A stretch of DNA of 64,000 nt from Emiliania huxleyi CCMP1516 (taxonomy: Eukaryota). The stretch spans positions 310,001 through 374,000 of the forward strand of contig NW_005201984.1 of assembly GCF_000372725.1 (NCBI RefSeq). Direction: 5' to 3'. Within the stretch, counting starts at the first letter, position 1. Each line of letters opens with the position of its first letter. The notes under the pieces were generated by a model. That model did not search any database, was not told the DNA's origin, and was given only the letters and a program-made list of their open reading frames with translations. Below, in pieces: positions 59,409 to 64,000 of this stretch. The translations under genes and the position numbers were made by a program.

Positions 59409-59756
59409 GGGCGCTGCCTTGGACGAGTTGGGGTGTACGGGTCTCGTGCTGTGTCTTGTTGTCAGTGAGAGAGAGCCGCGGGCGGCGGCGGCCCGCGGCG
59501 GTCGCACACGCGCTCGCGGCGCGGGTGCCGGCGACGCACACGGCGTGCGCGGCGAGGCGGGGAGGGCCCTCCGTGGGACAAGGGGCAAGGAGCGCCATGG
59601 TACATTACGCCTCGAGTTCATGTGAGTTCAAGTTGCTCATCACATCACTCGTGACACGGCCAGAAACACGCGCGGCCAGAAGCATATACGAACACATAGA
59701 CAACACATGTGCATCGGTTGAGAGGGACGAGCACCGGGTCGTGCTTCGCACTTGAC

Positions 59757-60156
59757 TTAAGAATCGCTGCGCTGGGGACGGAAGATGCGCCCGTCCTCGT
59801 GCAGGTAGCGGCCGTCCGGAAGCACCTACTCATAGGCTGACGAGTGACGTCACGGCTGTGTCAGTGATGTTCACAATCGTGCGGCGCCGGCTCACCCTGA
59901 TCACTCCCGGCGGCAACTGCGGTTCACTGCTCACGGGGACGTTCGAGAAATCCCCTCGCAGATACAGGTAGCCAAAGTAGACCGAGAAGAAGGCCCATAT
60001 GCCAGCAGGGATGAGCCAGTGCTGGCCCTTCTTTACGTCAAGAAGGAGTTCCGGATTGGTGAGCTTGAAGAGCAGCGTCGCGTCAGGCCGAGGCGGAGGT
60101 GGCGGGACCGGCTTTCCAGAGAGGCGCCGGCGTGCTCGCCAGAGTACAGCGCGCAT
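59757..60156 (-). CDS. Small single-TM, probably mitochondrial protein (SMIM8-like)
   Basis: Arg-rich presequence, then TLLFKLTNPELL and a TM helix. Intron 59895-59826; last exon VLPDGRYLHEDGRIF..*. Confidence 0.55.
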
Positions 60157-60702
60157 GTGAGGCAAACAGGCGTCCCCGGTGTGAAACAAAGAAAGATTTT
60201 CTTGCTGCCACCTTGAGGTCCTCGCCTTAAAATCTTGGTGGCGGCGTCCCGTCCTCCCATCCCTCCCTTGCCTTCTCTGGTTTCTGACTTTGACTTTGTT
60301 TAAATAAGTTTTGGGGTTTTGTCTTCATACTTCAAACTTCACTATGACTCGATCAAAAAAAAACAATCAACCTCTCTCTCACTATCTTTTAACACTTATT
60401 ACAACGCAACGTACGACGTGTTGCGTGCTCAAAACAGCAACCCGACTAGACGCTCTCCCGAGAGACACACGCATGATCCTCGTACACCTGTCGTACACCT
60501 GTCGTACACGATCCAGAGGGTGGCGCGACGTCTGCTGCCCAGATGCTCTCGTAGTACACACCCCCTGTGCTGGCATGGCAATCGCAGCATGCGACATGGA
60601 TTGTGACTCGGCACGGCCTTACCTCTCCGGTATTTGTGGACGTTGACGGTCATGAGGACACAGCGAGAGAAATGCGTCAGACGAATCTATCTACCCTCGC
60701 AG

Positions 60703-62728
60703 GTTTGTCCGCCTGAAGTCTGAGCACGACGACATTTACGCGGACCCGGACCAGTGCATGACCGTGACAACGGGTGCGACGGGCTCGGCCCTTTTCTGCT
60801 TTGACCACCAGCCGCCGGCACCCCCACCGCCTATGCCCCCGTCGATCCCGCCGCCCTCGCCGCCTTTGCCACCGCCACCCGGTCCACCGCCACCGCCGCC
60901 GCCACCACCACCACCGCCCCCAGGGCCACCACCGCCCTTGGCGCCGCCGCCGCCACCGCCACCGCCGCCCCCAGGGCCACTTTTGCCGCCACCCTCGCCA
61001 CCCTTCCCAATGCCGCCACCGCCACCCTCGCCACCGCCGCCTTCGGCGCCACCACCACCACCGCCACCGCCGCCCCCAAGTCCACTCTCGCCGCCCCCGG
61101 GGCCATTGTCACCGCCACCCACGCCGCCACCACCGCCGCCGCCACCGCCGCCAACACCCCCGCCGCCCTCGGCGCCGCCGCCACCACCCCCACCGCCGCC
61201 CCCGGGCCCATTCTTGCCGCCTCCCTCGCCACCGCCCCCAATGATCGAGGGCTACATCTTCGAGGACAAAGACATCAACCAGCAGTTCACGGAAGACCTC
61301 GACGAGTACCTCGAAGGCGTGACCGTCTTCATCACCAACGGAGACGTCACGTACACCGTCGTCACTGACGCGAACGGCTTCTACAGCCAGGAGTTGCCGT
61401 CGGCGGGCGAATGGACTGTGGTCATCGACGAACGGTCCTTCGCTCTGCTGAACAAGCCGTCGCTAAGGCAGACCGTCGGCACCGGGTCCACAATCGTCGA
61501 TGTGCCACCCGGCGGGGTGGGGTATGACGTAGACGGCTTCACGCAGCCCTCGTCTTTGAGCGGCACGATCTTCATGGACGCGGGCGTCACTGGCGCCTTC
61601 GATCCCAAGATCGACGACGAGGGCCTCGAAGGCGTGACCGTCATCATCACCAACGACGACGGTGACAGGTACGAGGTCTTCACAGACGCCGACGGCAGCT
61701 ACGCTCAGGAGCTCCTTCCCGGCGAGTGGACAGTCACCATTGACACGTCCACGCTGCCGCCCGGGCTCGCGCAGACGATAGACGACAGTCCCACGGTTGT
61801 ATCTGTGCCATATGGGGGCGTGGGCAGAGACCTGGACGGCTTCGTCAACTTCTCGCCGCCTCCGTCTCCGCCACTGCCCTCGCCGCCACCACCCCCCTCG
61901 CCACCGCCACCCTCGACTCCGCCGCCGCCGCCACCGCCACCGCCCCCGGGGCCGTTGTCGCCGCCCCCGGGGCCACTGCCGCCACCGCTGCCTACACCCC
62001 CGCCGCCGTCGCCGCCGCCACCACCGCCGCCCTCGCCACCGCCACCCTCGACTCCGCCGCCGCCGCCGCCGCCACCGCCCCCGGGGCCGTTGTCGCCGCC
62101 CCCGGGGCCACTGCCGCCACCGCTGCCTACACCCCCGCCGCCGTCGCCGCCGCCACCACCGCCGCCCTCGCCACCGCCACCCTCGACTCCGCCGCCGCCG
62201 CCGCCGCCGCCGCCCCCGGGGCCGTTGTCGCCGCCCCCGGGGCCACTGCCGCCACCGCCGCCTACACCCCCGCCGCCGTCGGCGCCGCCACCACCGCCGC
62301 CCTCGCCACCGCCACCCTCGTCGCCGCCGCCGGAAAAGTACTGCCGTTGCGATTCCGGGGAGTACACGATTGGGGAGGACTTTCTGGGCTCGGCAACGCA
62401 GTGCCTCCCAGAGGGAACGCCAGCCTTCATGAGTGACACGGAGTCGCTGGATTTCATGGAGGCTCTCGTCAAGGAGAGTTCCACGGCCGAGATGGGCTCG
62501 CTGCGCTCCTCCTCCGCTAAAGGTTTCGGCTACTTCCACGTTGTTGGGGGCGCGATCCTCGTCTCGGTCGGCTTTCTGGCTGGGCGCGCGATGGCGCAGG
62601 CCACCGCCTCAGGTGTGCACCACCCACGCGCGCCCTGCATAGCGGAAGCCCGCGGTCACACTTGCCCATTCGACGCAGCGCTGACGCGCATGATTGGAGC
62701 AGGTACGAGGTCGTCGGGCATGCTGTGA
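60703..62728 (+). CDS. Extensin-like Pro-rich surface protein with two SdrD-B/Cna-B-like domains and a C-terminal TM helix; 5' exon not resolved
   Basis: IEGYIFEDKDINQQF...LEGVTVFIT...VTDANGFYS and LSGTIFMDAG...LEGVTVIIT...TDADGSYA, flanked by SPPPP repeats; TM FHVVGGAILVSVGFLAG. Confidence 0.78.
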
Positions 62729-63119
62729 ACACCTGAGTCGTGGGGGAAGCCAGCCCGATGGCCCCTGCCGCTGAGAATAAATACAAATGTCCGGGAGGCG
62801 GGCTCAGGAACTCGTGAGAGGTGCGCGCCGGCGGCGGCGGCGGCGCAACCATACAGTCTGAGTGGTGATCGTGCAAGGTGTCACACTGAGCGATAGCGGC
62901 CACACCGGCGTGCGAAGCAGAGGAGGAGCGCGGTGGTGGTGAGCATCGCCGTGAGATGACATGTAGAGAAGCCACGAAGGCACAGACAATCAAACAGGAC
63001 ACAAAAACGAGACAAAGAATGCGATAGTGTGTGCGGCCGCTACCAATAAAAGAATTGCGCGCCGGGGTGCATGGGTGCATATGCCCGGGAACAGCCCCTC
63101 CTGGCCCGATGCGCGCGCG

Positions 63120-63665
63120 AAGCCATGCAAAGGCGTCGAGCTGCTTGATCAGCTCGACAAAGACGGCGCGTGCAGCCGCCTTGGTGAGGATGTCGGCGAG
63201 CATCACGGCTCCGGGTAGAGGTGTTCAACGGAGATCACCTCGCGTGCGACGAGATCACGGAGGAACTCGGCAGCGCGCAGGATGTGCTTGGTCTTCTTGA
63301 ATGCGACGGGGTCGAAGGCCATGCCGACGGCGGACTTGGAGTCGCACTTGATGACGCTGGGGGCGTCGCGACAGGGATGCCGAGGTCGATGAGCAGCTCC
63401 GCGCGAATGAAGATAACCTCCTTTGGCAGCAAGCATAGCGCCAAAGAACTCGGCCTCGGCGCTGGAAAGGGTGGCGGAGCGCTGCATCTTTGAGAGCCAG
63501 TGAAAGAGGCACCTGTGGTAGAAGAACATCCCGCCAGAGCACGAAAACTTGGTGGCCCAGCTCGAGTCGACAAAGCTCTCGAGGCCACGGACGGGATTAG
63601 GGCGCATGATAAAAGCGCGGCCAGCGGTGTTGCGCAAGTAGACGAGGACGCGATTTGTGTGTGTA
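63120..63665 (-). mobile_element. Degenerate Ty1/copia pol remnant (end of RT + RNase H)
   Basis: RVLVYL..FVDSSWA..WLSKMQRSATLSSAEAEF..CDSKSA..KKTKHI..MLADILTK, with frameshifts. Confidence 0.9.
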
Positions 63666-64000
63666 ATACGTCTACAAGTTGCTATGACTGCAGTCTTCGA
63701 CCATCTGAGCCACCCCCCCCCCTTCCTCCCTGCCCCGCCCCCGCCTTTCCTCTTCTCCCCTTCCGGCCCAGCTCCACTCATCCATCTCTCGCCATCTCCT
63801 GCAGGTGCAGGGGAGATACGAAACGAAAATTGATGGGCTTGCCCATCCCGGAGTGGTTCGACCCCACATAAATCCGAGACGGTGACGGGATGCTGTCGTG
63901 TGGTGGTCTCAGGCCCAGTGAGGTAGTGCATCTGACTATCCCGGATCCTGCTGAACAAGCTCCTCTTGTAGCTCGATCGGTCACACCGCCATCGCCGTCG

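Overview
GC-rich, intron-containing eukaryotic nuclear DNA. Frequent GC-AG introns, 'ccgagat'-type intronic minisatellites, TTAGGG repeats and signal+transit-peptide genes point to a haptophyte, probably Emiliania/Gephyrocapsa huxleyi (inference). Recognisable genes: RPS14 3' end, DNL zinc-finger chaperone, cNMP-domain/PKA-like kinase, MATE transporter, FAD-oxidase-like protein, GT47 exostosin, RPL7A (cut by a gap), SNRNP27, CGFS glutaredoxin, YacP-like NYN nuclease, myosin, Ulp1-like protease, DUF4203 membrane protein, CHMP1, a SMIM8-like protein and a Pro-rich SdrD-B-repeat surface protein. They are mixed with non-autonomous DNA transposons and a copia remnant. Most notable: (1) a ~1800-aa single-pass receptor with a beta-helix ectodomain and a cytoplasmic HET/TIR-like domain; (2) a secreted MACPF-like protein; (3) an apparent ANTH + MUN/PATROL1 fusion; (4) a myosin with a myosin-VI-like 'reverse gear' insert; (5) a hAT-type element carrying telomeric repeats and a 180-bp satellite; (6) twin 770-bp elements with recombinase-like ends; (7) a recurring pattern where intron 5' ends copy the start of the next exon. 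All calls come from reading motifs by eye, no database searches were run, and exon boundaries are approximate.
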